DNA of 56,579 bases, counting the filler, from Squatina squatina (Eukaryota): assembly GCA_031763465.1 (NCBI GenBank). It is 3 parts of 2 records of this genome, joined end to end, with 100 filler letters (N's around TTAATTAATTAA, not from the genome) between each part and the next. Parts side by side here need not be neighbours in the genome. Positions count along the whole stretch, not along the records: positions 1 to 27,690 come from JARFOE010000016.1; 2 more parts are not named here. One strand, 5' to 3'. This document shows positions 1 through 13,139 of this stretch, piece by piece; the stretch's first letter is position 1; every line of letters starts with the position of its first letter. A program made the translations under genes and the position numbers. The notes beneath the pieces were generated by a model, which saw only the letters and a list, made by a program, of their open reading frames with translations, had not been told where the DNA came from and made no database searches.

Positions 1-200
1 GTGGCGGCCAATAGATAGGTCCTTGAGGGACTCCAGAGGTAATGGTGCGAGAGCAGGAAGAGAAACCATCGCAGGTGATTCTCTGGCGACGACTGGATAG
101 ATAAGAATGGAACCAGGCAAGTGCACAGTCACCCAGCTGGACAATGTAGAAGAGACGTTGGAGGAGGATTGTGTCAACCCTGTCAAAAGCTGCAGACAGG
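1..200 (-). mobile_element. L2-clade LINE reverse transcriptase fragment (degenerate, runs off window start)
   Basis: Minus strand gives LSAAFDRVD...LAWFHSYLSSRRQ...ITSGVPQG, typical of CR1/L2 RT; LSAAFD is L2-like. Confidence 0.75.
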
Positions 201-695
201 TTTCATCATAATTTATGACTGACGAATGACATGGCAGAAATGGCCAAATTTGAAACGTGCTCTTTGAGAATGTGATTTCATTAGTGATAAAAAGCAGCCA
301 CTCTCAGTTGTGACCCTTTACTGCTTCTCAAGCAGCTAACGAGATTTTGACTAGTAAAAATGTCACAGTTTGTTAATTAAACTTGGAGTGTGAACTTTTT
401 GTTCAATGATAATTGAGAAAATCCTGATTTACTCATACAACCTTAATGCCCTCAGGTCCATTTTATGCATTTAGCCAAAAGGGATTCATCATAAGATAAT
501 TACAAATGAGGAAGGCTATTCAGCCCATCATAATTCATCCACCCAGAGAGATCGTAAAGTCCGTAAACACAACCCCCCAAATCTGTTTTAGCATTNNNNN
601 NNNNNNNNNNNNNNNNNNNNNNNNNNNNNNNNNNNNNNNNNNNNNNNNNNNNNNNNNNNNNNNNNNNNNNNNNNNNNNNNNNNNNNNNNNNNNNN

Positions 696-820
696 TGCAC
701 AAAATGGTTGCTGTGTTTCCTACATTACAACAGTGACTGCACTTCGAAAGTGCTTCATTGGCTACAAAGTGCTTTGGGACATCCTGAGGTTATGGAATGC
801 ACTCTATAAATACAAGTCTG
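696..820 (+). mobile_element. DeuSINE (SacSINE1-like) 3' tail
   Basis: TTTCCTACATTACAACAGTGACT...CTTCATTGGCT...GCTTTGGGACATCCTGAGG...TATAAATACAAGTC; related to copies at 1697, 12590 and 29725. Confidence 0.7.
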
Positions 821-1696
821 TATTTTTTTTATTGTTTGCCTTGATCTACGAGCCTATTTTTGAGTATACTAAAAATAGCAACTTATCCACAAGAAACTTA
901 AAATAGTAAAAATTATCCATGTGGGACTGAAGAGTGGATCATGTTTACATTGGGGAATGCTGGATTATCCTGAGCTTTATAAGGTTGCTACAATTGCAAT
1001 AAAATGGATCCTGCCACTGCGTACAATTACAAATGCAGACAAATTGCAAAATTAAATCTGACAGTTAAAACTCTGATCAGACATCATATCATAATCGGCC
1101 TCTCTGAATCATGATGAAAGTCACATTGGTAATAGTCCTCTGCTGAAACATAAACCCAAATTCTAATTTCATGCTTATTTTCAGCCTTGTAACATAAGCA
1201 GTGAGTTACTCTCTACGCTGCATTAGAATCACAATTCATGTCGAACTTGCTTTCTATCCCTCTTTCTGAAGAATAAAATTAAGTACTTTAACATAATATC
1301 ACCACTGTAATGTCACACCTACTACCTGCACCCCATAGCTTTAATGGCTGACTTACGTTACTCAAATTATGCTTCAGTTTGTGATCTTGACATTTATCAA
1401 AGTCAGTTCGAGTTTATTATTTTCCATTTTTACCTCAAAACAAAAGTGAGTGGTCAAATATACAATACAGGGAATCAGTTGCCGAAATATATAAATAATG
1501 CATCTAATATTATCACTTCTTACTTGAATGGAAACCATTTTCAGGCTGTTAAAAGTCCTTGAAGATTACAAAACAGGTTGATGTTTGAAGTAAATAAGTT
1601 TAAATCATTCACAAAACTGATTGAATGTGATTGCAATGCTGTTTCTTGAAATGAGACCCAGAAGACCATGAAAAATCTGTCCGATATTAATCAAAA

Positions 1697-1807
1697 GGAA
1701 AGGACTTGCATTTAAAAAGCACCATGCACAACCTCAGGACATCCCAAAGTACTTTGAAGCATAGTGAATGTTTCAATGTAGGGAAGTGCAGCAGCCAATT
1801 TGGGCAG
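1697..1807 (-). mobile_element. DeuSINE 3' tail
   Basis: Reverse-complement homologue of 696-820 (GACTTGCATTTA...ACCTCAGGACATCCCAAAGTACTTT...GCAGCCAATTT). Confidence 0.65.
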
Positions 1808-2413
1808 NNNNNNNNNNNNNNNNNNNNNNNNNNNNNNNNNNNNNNNNNNNNNNNNNNNNNNNNNNNNNNNNNNNNNNNNNNNNNNNNNNNNNNNNNNNNN
1901 NNNNNNNTATTTTCTTGGCATGTAAAGGTAATGAATATTAAGTTTATACATCAATTAAAAATATATGTTCTACTTATTTTCAGATGCAGAAAACTCCTTT
2001 AGGCTTTGCTCATCTTTTTAAAAAACACTTAGGTATTTCCCCAAGGTCAAAGGGAGCGATCCAGAGCCACATTCAGTGCAAAGTAAGAAATTAATTTTTA
2101 TGATGAGCCTTTTCTACTCTGGGAATTCCAGGGACAGCAGCAGGATTCCCTCTTAAGAAGTGCGCTGTTCTCCAACTCTCTATTTGTGAGCTTTCCTCGT
2201 CAAGTTCTGCTGTTGGGGTTTCGGAGCTCATCTTTAGCACCTGCGTGTAATATAGAAAGGAAAATTGGGCAGGAAAATCACACACCGACAACTGAGCCCA
2301 CCCAATTAATTTACATGGAAGCAAAAATCGGGTGGGTTCCATTACCAGTGTGCAATCCTCCCTGTCCAATTTCCTCCTCTGCCTGTGCCCAGATAATATT
2401 TTATACCTGGGTG

Positions 2414-2451
2414 CTATGGAACTAAACCCACACTACGGAACTAAACCCACA
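2414..2451 (+). repeat. 19-bp tandem duplication
   Basis: CTATGGAACTAAACCCACA followed by CTACGGAACTAAACCCACA (one mismatch). Confidence 0.9.
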
Positions 2452-2475
2452 ATAACATCAACATTTCTAATAAGT

Positions 2476-2900
2476 ACATAAGAAATAGGAGCAGGAGTAG
2501 GCCATATGCCCTCACGAGCCTGCTCTGCCATTCAATAAGATCATGGCTAATCATCGACCTCAACTCCACTTTCCTGCCTGATCCCCATATCCCTTGATTC
2601 GCCTGGAGACCAAAAATGTATCTATCTCAGCCTTGAATATACTCAGGAGACTCTGCATTCACAGTCCTCTGGGGCAGGGAATTCCAATGATCCACAACCC
2701 TTTGAGTGAAGAAATTCTTCCTCATCTCTGTCTTAAATGGCCGAGCCCTTCTCCTGAGTTCTGGACACTCCAGCAAGGGGAAACAATCTCTCAACACCTG
2801 TCAATTTCCTTCAGAATCTTGTATATTTCAATGAGATCACCTCTTGTTCTTCTATACTATTCTACACAATTTCTCATCATAAGACAGCCCTCTCATCAGG
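2476..2900 (-). mobile_element. CR1 LINE 3' end
   Basis: Reverse of the CR1 tail (ACATAAGAAATAGGAGCAGGAGTAGGCC...CCCCATATCCCTTGATTC) plus ORF2 C-terminal remnants; homologous to 13940-14075. Confidence 0.8.
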
Positions 2901-4399
2901 ATGCATGCATTAATGAGGCTGTTTCCAGCAACATCCTTGGCCTATTTCCTGACTGTCTCCGAGATTGCAGTGAGGTGGATTTCAGTGGGAAGGGAAGGAT
3001 AAGTCCTTCAATTTTAGTCTCTCAACCACCCCAATCCCACCAAAAAATGGGGCGGTAGAGACCAAAATCATCACCAATATTTAATAGTGTTGTAAAATAA
3101 ACAAATGCTTGTACTGATTTATTAAATTATTCAATATTGCAGTAATTTGTTGAGACAAAACTGCAGTCAGCAGCGTTCAATGAGATGTAATCACAAGAAA
3201 GTTCAGCACATCCTTTAGTGTTAGCGAAAGGAGATCAATATTCAGTGTAGAATAAACTGTCTTTAATTAGCCATACTTATTTATGTAGATGATCTCTAAA
3301 TCTCTTCTTCACGAGACCATGCTGAATAAGATAATCTTCTGTAACACCTAGCTTAAACAGCTTAAAGCATGTGCAATTTGAGGGACTTAGAAAAATATAC
3401 TTTCCCACAAATGTAGTTGTGTATGACTGGCTGCGATTTCAAAACAAAAAGGAAAAAACAAATTTTACATCATCCAGAGACAACCAGCAGAAAGTTGAAT
3501 GTTAATTGGTGCATTTTAAGACGTGCAAGGGTTTTGCCTTTAAACCTGCAATGTGAAAATCATCAACAGTACACACATCAATACTTTGGAACCGTCAAGG
3601 CCCTTGGCTCCACAATTAAAATTTATGGCATATGTAAAAAGAATGAACAAATTCACTGCTGTGTTACCTTGTCTAACAGATCAGAACCAGGGAAAGAAAA
3701 AAAAACATTTGGCGATTCACCATACAATTATGTATACTTACTCCCATCATCAGTACAGCTTATTTCAATGCTAATTTACATCATCTACTGAATTGGTCAA
3801 TCAGCCTACTGAGTTCCACAGTCTACACAGTAAATTCCTTACTTTAGTNNNNNNNNNNNNNNNNNNNNNNNNNNNNNNNNNNNNNNNNNNNNNNNNNNNN
3901 NNNNNNNNNNNNNNNNNNNNNNNNNNNNNNNNNNNNNNNNNNNNNNNNAACAAATTACAATCTGCTATTGTGCTTTTTTAGCCACAAATTTGTTCTCCTT
4001 CTGGAGGCATCCGTGTAGTGTTGAATCCTTGCTGGGTACAATTCAATTGGCACAAATTGTCTTATCGTGGCTTGCTCAAAATTCACATGAGCTTTTAAAC
4101 AAACACGTAAGTTATTCAATTGGGGAGATCACTGTCCAGCCCAAAACTATCCTCACCCAACATCCACACACACACCCATCTGTTGTCAATGGAAAGCCAT
4201 ATGCAGCAGGAATACTGCCTATTTTCCCTCTCTAAAATGGAGTAATTGCTGCAATCCTTTGCCCCAGTAAGAGCTGCTAATTTAGCACAGACTCAGAATT
4301 AAACCCATGACTTCCTGGTTTATACAGTTCACTTAACGGCTGAATCAACTTGATGAATAATTGCCTGTGGACAAGCTCCTAATCGAACACCAACACATA

Positions 4400-4670
4400 T
4401 ATCTCCACCTCTGACCATCCAGCTTCCCTCCCTGACTCCCATGCGAGCTGACATTGTAAATGGCTCTCTCTCCTCAGGTGCTTTCTGCTTCCCTTTCAAA
4501 ATTGCTGTCGTTCACCCCCTCAAAAAACTCACACTGACCACTCTGTCCTTACAAACTGCCAACCCCTAAACCTCCTTTCTCTCTTCAAAGTGCCTGAAAG
4601 TGTTATCATCTCCCAAATCCATGCCTACCTTTCACCTGACTCCCTGTTTGAATGTCTCCAATCAGGACAG
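4400..4670 (+). mobile_element. Degenerate L2-clade LINE RT N-terminal fragment
   Basis: ADIVNGSLSSG...PFKIAVVHPLKK-like translation with frameshifts. Confidence 0.55.
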
Positions 4671-6599
4671 TAAATTTCCCCAACTGCTCCCTCATCACCA
4701 CCAGGAAAACCATCACTGGTTTCATCCCATCTCCACCAGGCTTCCTCATTTTCTTTCTTACATCTGTAGACAAGTTATTTTCCTTTGTAATATAAAGATT
4801 TATATAACTTTGGAAACACTGCACACTCCACACCTTTTTTGCTTTGACAATGCACTGTTGGTACAAAAGCTAATGTGATGTAGATAATTGCAAATTGTCT
4901 TACAATGAGCTAAAGTCATCTAATGATAAAGGCAAATAACTTCACTACGAGAATTGGGCACTGATGGCAAGAAAGGGCCCAATTTTCAGAAAAACCCACT
5001 CTTATGTACAATATAACAAACCTTTTTGAAAATAAAAGAGCTTCTGCTCTCAATCAAGTTGTGGCTGGGTGGTGGAATTTAAAATAAAATTCAATCTGTT
5101 CAGTATGAAAATATAAAAGATACTGCATCAATGAGCGACTAATGGTCTTTTCAAATGCAATGGTGACTTAATTTAGTGCTATAGAAAGAAGTGAGCTGTC
5201 TACTCTTTCTTCTGAGTGAAAGAATGTCAATAATACAACTTCATCTGCACATGGGTCAATATATATTTATTTTGTGGTCAATACTTTGCACAAGTTGAAG
5301 AATACTTTTTACTTCATTGTAGTGACATATGTCAGCGATAGTGGATAAAAAATATTGATTATGAAATAACTGTCAATAAAAGGGTGAAAAGGACATAATA
5401 TTTATAGCTTTTGATCTGATTGTCTCTGAAATTTTGACATAGCCAACATTGCATGAAGCTATCAGATAATACATTCCTTTCCTTGAAAAAAAACAACTTC
5501 ATATTATCAGCAGTAGACGATGGGGAAGAAATTGGTCCCTATCGCACCTGCTTTTTCATGTGAGAAATGGACATGGTGTGCGGGGTGAGGGAGAGGCAAT
5601 TTCCATGTGCAATTTCCCAAACCCAATGACACTGGAAGTGCGCCGGATGCCAAGTTGGCAGGAGAGTTCTGAGCGCCCAAGGCGTCTGCTTACAATGGGC
5701 ATTAGGCTCCCTGAATATGCCAATCATTCTGTTGGTATGACAGATATGAGGCCCAGTTTGGAGAAACTCGGGCCTCCACCTTCAGGCGTTCATTTTCAAC
5801 AAGTCACTGATTTTACGCTAACTCCCGACAATAACCCAACTTTTCCTCCTGTGGGCTTCTCAATTATGAACTTTTTTTTAATGAAGTTCAGGACANNNNN
5901 NNNNNTTGCCCTGCCCCTTTTCCAATATTCATTGGTTGTGGGAGGGCTTTCAATTTATATTGACTCAAAGTTTTGATGTGGACAATCGGTCTAGATGGTC
6001 ACCTGATGTTCCTCTTATTTGGGGGAAAGAGATCAGGATGGCTGTGGATCGGGTGAGCTGGCAGAAAGTGGTGCCACACTGCCCATTTTGCCTCAATCCA
6101 TGCAGAACCCACGTAACAATAAGACGGACTCATCAAATATCACAGCCACATTTTCCTATTTAGAGGATAAACACAGAAACCTCTACCTGCAGTAGAATAA
6201 GGGAATTCCAGGTCAAAATCTGAAATCGAACCTATCTCATTCCATGCAAAATCCACCTGACNNNNNNNNNNAGCCTACTGTACATATTCTGACCATGTCC
6301 CACCCTCCTGCACTTCTGCTTAAATATCTGAGAGGCTGATGAGAGTATGACAAGCTTTGTCATCCATATAATTGGCCTGCTTACAACAGGAATGGCTGTC
6401 ATCAGCCACAAACTCACCCAGTTCAAGTACCAAATCAACTTTTCATGGAAAATATAAGACACTAAGACAGCAGTTCACAATGAATGAGTCTCATAGCAGN
6501 NNNNNNNNNNNNNNNNNNNNNNNNNNNNNNNNNNNNNNNNNNNNNNNNNNNNNNNNNNNNNNNNNNNNNNNNNNNNNNNNNNNNNNNNNNNNNNNNNNN

Positions 6600-7727
6600 C
6601 CTACCAAAATGTACCACCTCACACGTCTATATCGACGTTCATTTGCTAATTACATGCCCATTCTGCTATTTTATTAATGTCTTTCTGTATTTTGTCACAG
6701 TCCTCTGCATTAATTACAATCCCCAGTTTGGTGTTGTCTGCAAATTTTGAAATTGTACTTCTGATTCCAAATCACTTATGCAAATGGCGAACAACAGTGG
6801 TCCCAGTACCGCTCCTTGTAGAACACCACTCCCCACCTTTTGTGAGTCTGAATAACTACCTTTAACCTCCTACTCTCTGTTTTCAGATTTGTAGCCAGCT
6901 GGCTATCCATTCTGCTGCTTGTCCCGTGACTCCACATGTTCTGACCTTAGTCATGAGTTTACTATGTGGCACCTTATCGAAGGCCTTTTGAAAATCAAAA
7001 TATTTTATGCCTACTGCATTCCCTTATCTACCCTTCTATTACTTCTTCAAATAATCCAATATGGTTGATCAAGTATAGACCTGACCTTTTGAAATCCGTG
7101 CTGACTACTAAATATTATATTTTCATTTTCAAATGTTTTTTTCTGTTACATCTTTGAGTAAGGATTCCATTATCTTTCCTCCCGCCAACATTAAGCCAAT
7201 TGATCTATAGTTCCCTGGACTAGTTCTATCTCCCTTTTAACTATAGGAATCACATTAGCTGTCTGTCAGTCCTCTAGCACCATTCGCTTCTCTAATAGAT
7301 TTTTATATATATGTAATAATGCCATTGCTATCTGTCCCCAACTCCTTTTAATATGCGCAGATGCAATCCACCCGGATCTGGAGTTTTATCCTTGTTAAGT
7401 TTGATTTGTGTATCAATTATCTCCCCCTTTTCTATCTTAAATATCTTTATATCTTTTTTGATTGCTTCTTCTAATGTCACATCCATCTTGCTAGTCTCCC
7501 TGTTAAATACCGAAGCAAAACAATTATTTCATATTCTGCCATTTCGCTGTCATTTCCCGTGAGTTTATCGTGTGTATCCCTTCATGGCACTATCCCTATC
7601 CTGATTTTTCATTTGTTATTTATGCATCTGTAGAACATTTTATTATTTCTTATTATTTTCCTTGATAATTTAATTTTGCAGTTCCTCTTTGCCTTCCTAA
7701 TTGTCTTTTTGACTTCTTTCCTAACCT
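6600..7727 (-). mobile_element. Degenerate CR1 LINE ORF2 (RT region)
   Basis: Minus-strand remnants SGVLQGAVLGPLLF, KFADNTKLG, DFQKAFDKVPH and PGNYRSI, with many stops and indels. Confidence 0.8.
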
Positions 7728-8885
7728 GCACTATGTGGGAAATCAGGGATACTTCCAGTGTCCCTGGNNNNNNNNNNNNNNNNNNNNNNNNNNNNNNNNN
7801 NNNNNNNNNNNNNNNNNNNNNNNNNNNNNNNNNNNNNNNNNNNNNNNNNNNNNNNNNNNNNNNNNNNATACATCATTCTGCATGAAGCATTTTACGGTGG
7901 AGGGCGCAAGATTATCTTAGCATTGTGTTAGTTCAGCATTTTAAAGAATATTATTGGTGAAGCGGAGTAATAGGCCCAGCTCTTGACAGGTCTCATATTT
8001 GCTTAGCAACTATAAAAGGAAGTACACAATACCACACAGAGGTAGGAGCAAGAAGAAGGGCCTTTTAGATTCACAGCACGTCTTTTTCCTCAGAGAGGCC
8101 GTAGATACTCCTTTCTTCTCTTTAGCTTATAACTTGAAGATTAGATATCATCTTTATATCCGAAGACCTTGTTTCAGATACCAGTAATTCAAAAAGAGAC
8201 ATTTCCATTGTATCAGATCACACTGCTGTTTGTGCAGATTTGGCCTTAAAGCCAGAAATTCATAAATCCCCCTGATGGAAATTAAATGAACCTTTTTTAT
8301 GAGGCACCAAATTTATTGCTCGGCTTCAGAAATCATTTCTTGCATTTTTTGATGCAATGATATACCATGTGTGACAGGCTCCTTACTTAAGAAATGGCTA
8401 AAGGTTATCTATTGAGGCATATCATATTCTAGGCATCATATTTTTAAAAATTATGATTGAAGGATTCAGAAAATTAAACCAAAAATACAGGGTTAAACCT
8501 TCAGCTGCGGATTAAGCAAAGAATGGAAAAAAAAATTCAAATATTCCTATCCCTATTTCCAATTTAGCAAGTACAGTCATTACCAAATTAAAAATAGATA
8601 CAGGTGGGTAGTCTGTGTTTTTAGCTCCTTATAAAAAAACCCAACCCCTAACTGTATACAAGAGCAGCAATTTATCAGATCATTCTAGTTACAATTAAGA
8701 AAGACCAGCAGTGTTGTCTCGGACCATGAGTAAATGTACTTTTATCGCCAGAGTGTGTTAGAAGTATTTAATTTCCATGGCTATGNNNNNNNNNNNNNNN
8801 NNNNNNNNNNNNNNNNNNNNNNNNNNNNNNNNNNNNNNNNNNNNNNNNNNNNNNNNNNNNNNNNNNNNNNNNNNNNNNNNNNNNN

Positions 8886-9080
8886 CTTACAGGAAGCGAG
8901 GTGGGAGGAAGTGTAGTCCAGGTAGCTGTGGGAGTCAGTGGCCTTATAGTGAAGGTTTGTCAATAGCCTATCCCCAGAAATGGAGACAGAGAAGTTGAGG
9001 AAGGAAAAGGAAGTGTTGGAGATGGACCATGTGATGGTGAGGAAAGGGAAGAAATTGGAAGTAAAGTGAATTATATTTTC
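8886..9080 (-). mobile_element. Penelope-like retroelement RT fragment
   Basis: ITWSISNTSFSFLNFSVSISGDRLLTNLHYKATDSHSYLDYTSSHLASCK resembles the Penelope RT C-terminal FLD...YKPTD..YL...S.HP block. Confidence 0.75.
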
Positions 9081-9164
9081 CACTTCTGGGCGAGCGCATG
9101 AACATCCAATCCCTCTACACCTCCACCTCCCACCAGGATGGCCTGAGGGCACTCTGCTTTATCT

Positions 9165-9760
9165 TTGAACAGGTAATCTATTCTTGATGTTGCTGGCTGA
9201 AGGAGAAGTGTTGGCCAGGTCACTGGAAGAACTTTCCATCTCTTTTTTGAAAAATGCCATGGCATGTTTTACATCCACAAAGGAGGGCAGACAGGGCCTC
9301 GGTTTAACAGACGAACAATGACGGGCAGGTATCACTGTCTGGTCCATCCGGCATGTCCCACACAATTGTGATTACTTATCACAATATATACACTCCCCAC
9401 CCCACCCGAAACCATATGATCTCCTGGGAGTTGCAAAAAACAAGATAAAAACCTATGCCAATTTCTGGGAAAAAGATCTGGGAAATTCCTCTCTGACCTA
9501 TCTAGGCAATCAAAACTAGACAAGAGATCAGTCGGGCCCTGAATTCCTTGAAGTACCTACCTTTTGTAAGGGTTGAAGTCCACTCCAATCAGAAATAGGT
9601 CCAGTTCTCACTTGAAGGACAGCACATCTAACAGTGTTGCACTCCCTGCGTACTTCACTGACTTGTTCACCTAGGTCGTGTGCTCAAGTCCCTGAAGTGC
9701 AACTTAAATGCACAGCTTTCTGACTCCGAGGAAAATGCCATCACTGAGCCAACTCTGACA
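9165..9760 (-). mobile_element. DeuSINE copy interrupted by a CR1 3' fragment
   Basis: tRNA-like head at 9700-9760 and Deu domain at 9619-9660 and 9200-9308 are collinear with the less degraded copy at 56396-56579, apart from a ~310-bp insert. Confidence 0.75.
9309..9618 (-). mobile_element. 5'-truncated CR1-type LINE 3' end nested in a SINE
   Basis: Minus strand starts with ORF2 C-terminus FK*ELDLF and ends in a GATGGACCAG...CCTGCCCGTC tail. Confidence 0.6.
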
Positions 9761-12589
9761 CATAAGAAGGGAGACTGGGTTAACACGACTACAGCAACAG
9801 AAATATCGATACAAAGTCGACGGTTAAATAATATTATACCTAAGAGAATGTACGTCAAAAGTCACAAAACAGAACAATCCAGAATTTAGTCAGGATAGTC
9901 AAAAATTAACCTTTACAGATGGATGGTAAAGAACCATCTTATAATCCCAAATTGATTTCCCGTTCACTGACTCCTGTTCTGAATTACACTCCTTACAACC
10001 AAATAAAGTCAATCATGATCACCAATTCCAGTGTACAATCTGCACATTTTGCTGAAAACACACTTGCATACACACTACACCAAATGGACTGAATATTAGT
10101 TATCTCGTACCTTTCTAAAGCCGGGTATCATTTTCACTTTGAACATCACAAACTAATTCAATGCAGCTAAGTGTGAATTACCATCAGACCCCTGTATCAA
10201 CATGAAATAACAGAATGTATTTTACTAATTTGCAACTTAGATCAGCAAAGCTAAAGGTAAGCCTTCTGCACTTAGTTTAGAAAAATATCACACTCATCAA
10301 CAAATGTCTTTAATAATTCTAAGCATAAAATGGATGCACTTTTCTGGTGCGACTCAGAACATAATTTATGGCTTTTGAATCTATTTCAGATTGATGATGG
10401 TTCAAAACCATCTATTCTTCATTTCCATTAGGGATGGATTGCTCAGTCTTCTGCTCCTCATGATCTGGATGTTCCAGCTGCCCTTTCAGAGATAATCGAA
10501 CCAAAAGCAAACTCTGAGCATTGTGAAATAGAGGGAATGTTATCAATTATTCAGCCAAAATAAACTGTGAAGAGTTTTAAGGCCCGACAAAATGCTCAAC
10601 AGTTAAGCCTAAAAACAAGTCATTGATACGTCTACCCTGCTTGATTCGACTTCTATTAAAGCATTCAGTTCTAATAACCAATTACATTTCCTGTCATCAT
10701 TCCTCTTTTCCTGACAATTCAACCAACTGCAAATTCCCTCAGATAGAAATATAGATGGAAAAACAGCACATCTAGGACAGCTGTAATCTCGTCAGAGTGC
10801 ATAACATTATGTATAATTCTTACCCAAATATATAACCACAAAATCTGTAAAAAGAAATTACAACCAATTTGTATCCAATCCTTGAAATATAAATAGAAAA
10901 ACAACATAATTTAGCAGACAAATTAATGACAAAGTATGAAAGACTCTCTTAATGATAGCATAGTAAGATGTTTTTTCTCACAGTTCAATGGCCGCACGTC
11001 AGCGAAACAATACAGGCTGACATTTAAAAATGCCTGCAATAAATGTGATTGGTTTTATCAGTTCTCAGCCAGACTGCTAGAGGAATAGAAGACGGGGATC
11101 AAAAGTGATGCAGTGAGAGATATTTTTATTTAGCATTTGGATTAGTGATCTGATTGGATCACTAATTCTAATTACTAACTAGTTGGATTGAGGTTTACAT
11201 GCACTATAGGTCTTGTGGGGATTTTGCAATTTTACTTGTGCCATGATGGGGAAGGATGAGTTGAGACAAGCTCTTTCTCCACAGACAGAGAAGAAAAATC
11301 AGAGTGTAAATCACCTTGAGCTGCTCTCATGCAACCTCTAGTGGCTATTTACTTGGTTGAACAGACAGCAACTGCAACTTGGTCTCCTGCTTAACTTCTC
11401 AGCTGAGGAATGGTACAGAGAACAGATAGTGCAGCGGCAAAAATAAAACATAAAGAGGGCGGAATTGGTGCTTCAAGAGTGCCTCGTTAGCGCCTCCCGG
11501 AGGCTGTCGGTAAAGGGGCCAATTTCGGCGCCTAAAATTCTTAAGCCTTAACTCGCTACTCTTGGCCAATCCTTCCAAATCCATCTTCAGTTACTACCTC
11601 TTGCTGCTTTCACAGTGTGCTGAAAGTGACATTCCTTTATTTAAGCTGTGCTACTTAAATTTTAGCTGTTGTTGTATGGCTGCTGAAGCGTTTGGTAGGG
11701 GCAATGGGAAGACCTAACAAATATTGCGTAATAACCCCAGCAGTTATGTTCAAATGCTCACTCCAAAAATGCTCACAGACATGGTAAATTAATCCATGAG
11801 TATAGTTTCCCTGATCTTTCAGTCCCATCTGATTAGGGAAAATATCTCTTTGGTTCAAGTTTATATGTGCAGAGGAATTATTATCTCCCTTCTCCACCCA
11901 CATACACACCCAATATGCTGCAAAAGTGTCTCTTTTGCACATAAATTGGCTTTGCCAAATAGAGTTAGCATGGGAGGCATTCTCAAGCGTAATCATCCAG
12001 TTTGGGATATGGGCATTCCAGAGTGGATCCCTTGCACTAATATCACTATTTTCAGGCCTGCCAAGAGGAGAACAGGCAGTACCGAACTCCTGGATCTGAG
12101 AATGAAAGGATCTGTGTGTTTTACCCATTAAATTTAATTTATGATGTAGATTTTGTTGAATGTGAAGCTAACAAGGTCATTGTATGCTTTAATCAAAATA
12201 ATCCTTGAAATTCAGAGTGGGTGTAGCACAGTTCAAACTNNNNNNNNNNNNNNNNNNNNNNNNNNNNNNNNNNNNNNNNNNNNNNNNNNNNNNNNNNNNN
12301 NNNNNNNNNNNNNNNNNNNNNNNNNNNNNNNNNNNNNNNGAATACAAGAAACTAATTTGTTCCACTTTGTAACTTCAGTAATTAAATCAGTCACACTTGA
12401 CAGTTTTGAATTAGTTTTCCATTTATGTGGTAATAATAAGTGCACATCCCAATGCGAATTGCTATACTTGATGTTTTATGAAGACCCGAATCAAACATTA
12501 CTATGTACTACTAATATATTAAAAAACACAGTAAAATATCTTGTGATATTTCCCAGCAAAGTCTCTCATGCCCTCGTGTTAACATCAAA

Positions 12590-12745
12590 GAAGAAAGAAC
12601 TTGCATTTATTTAATGCCTTTCATATCCTATGATGTCCATAATTGCTTCAAAACTAATGAATTTGCAAATCTAGTCACTGTTGTTGCAGGAAGACAACAA
12701 CAGTGACTAGACTGTTGCAGATTTGTGCACAGTGTAGTTCCATAA
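12590..12745 (-). mobile_element. Degenerate DeuSINE 3' tail containing a perfect 17-bp inverted repeat
   Basis: AAAGAACTTGCATTTAT...TAGTCACTGTTGT...ATTTGTGCACAG, homologous to the reverse of 696-820. Confidence 0.6.
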
Positions 12746-13139
12746 TCATCACTGTGTTGGGAATTTGGTTTCACATTCATTCCTGAAGTGTTCCTGGTAT
12801 TACAGCAATTTTAACAGAGCCATTTTGGTTAATTCACAAATACTCAAATGTTCCTGGAACTATTGATTAGATAGAGGATACAGACACAATTATTGGATGT
12901 ATAACCTCTACTTGACCTTCAAGGACTGGAGAGTTACTAATGGAAAGACAGACTAACCTAGGATAACCCGACAGTTTCTCACACATGGAGTACGGTTTCA
13001 GTACAGTAATCCAGATTGAGAGCATGAGCAGCGTAGTAGGTAGTTGTGAAAAAGGAAAGTCTGCTCTTACACACCTCAAGCTAAAAGAAAACTGGAGATT
13101 TGTGACTGATCAGAGACAGCAGACTACTGCATGAAGGAA

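Noticed and set aside
2594-3058. 154-aa plus-strand ORF
   Set aside because: Mostly antisense of a CR1 3' end; no recognisable domain.
11655-12131. Overlapping 157-aa and 111-aa ORFs
   Set aside because: No recognisable domain or splice context; consistent with chance ORFs.
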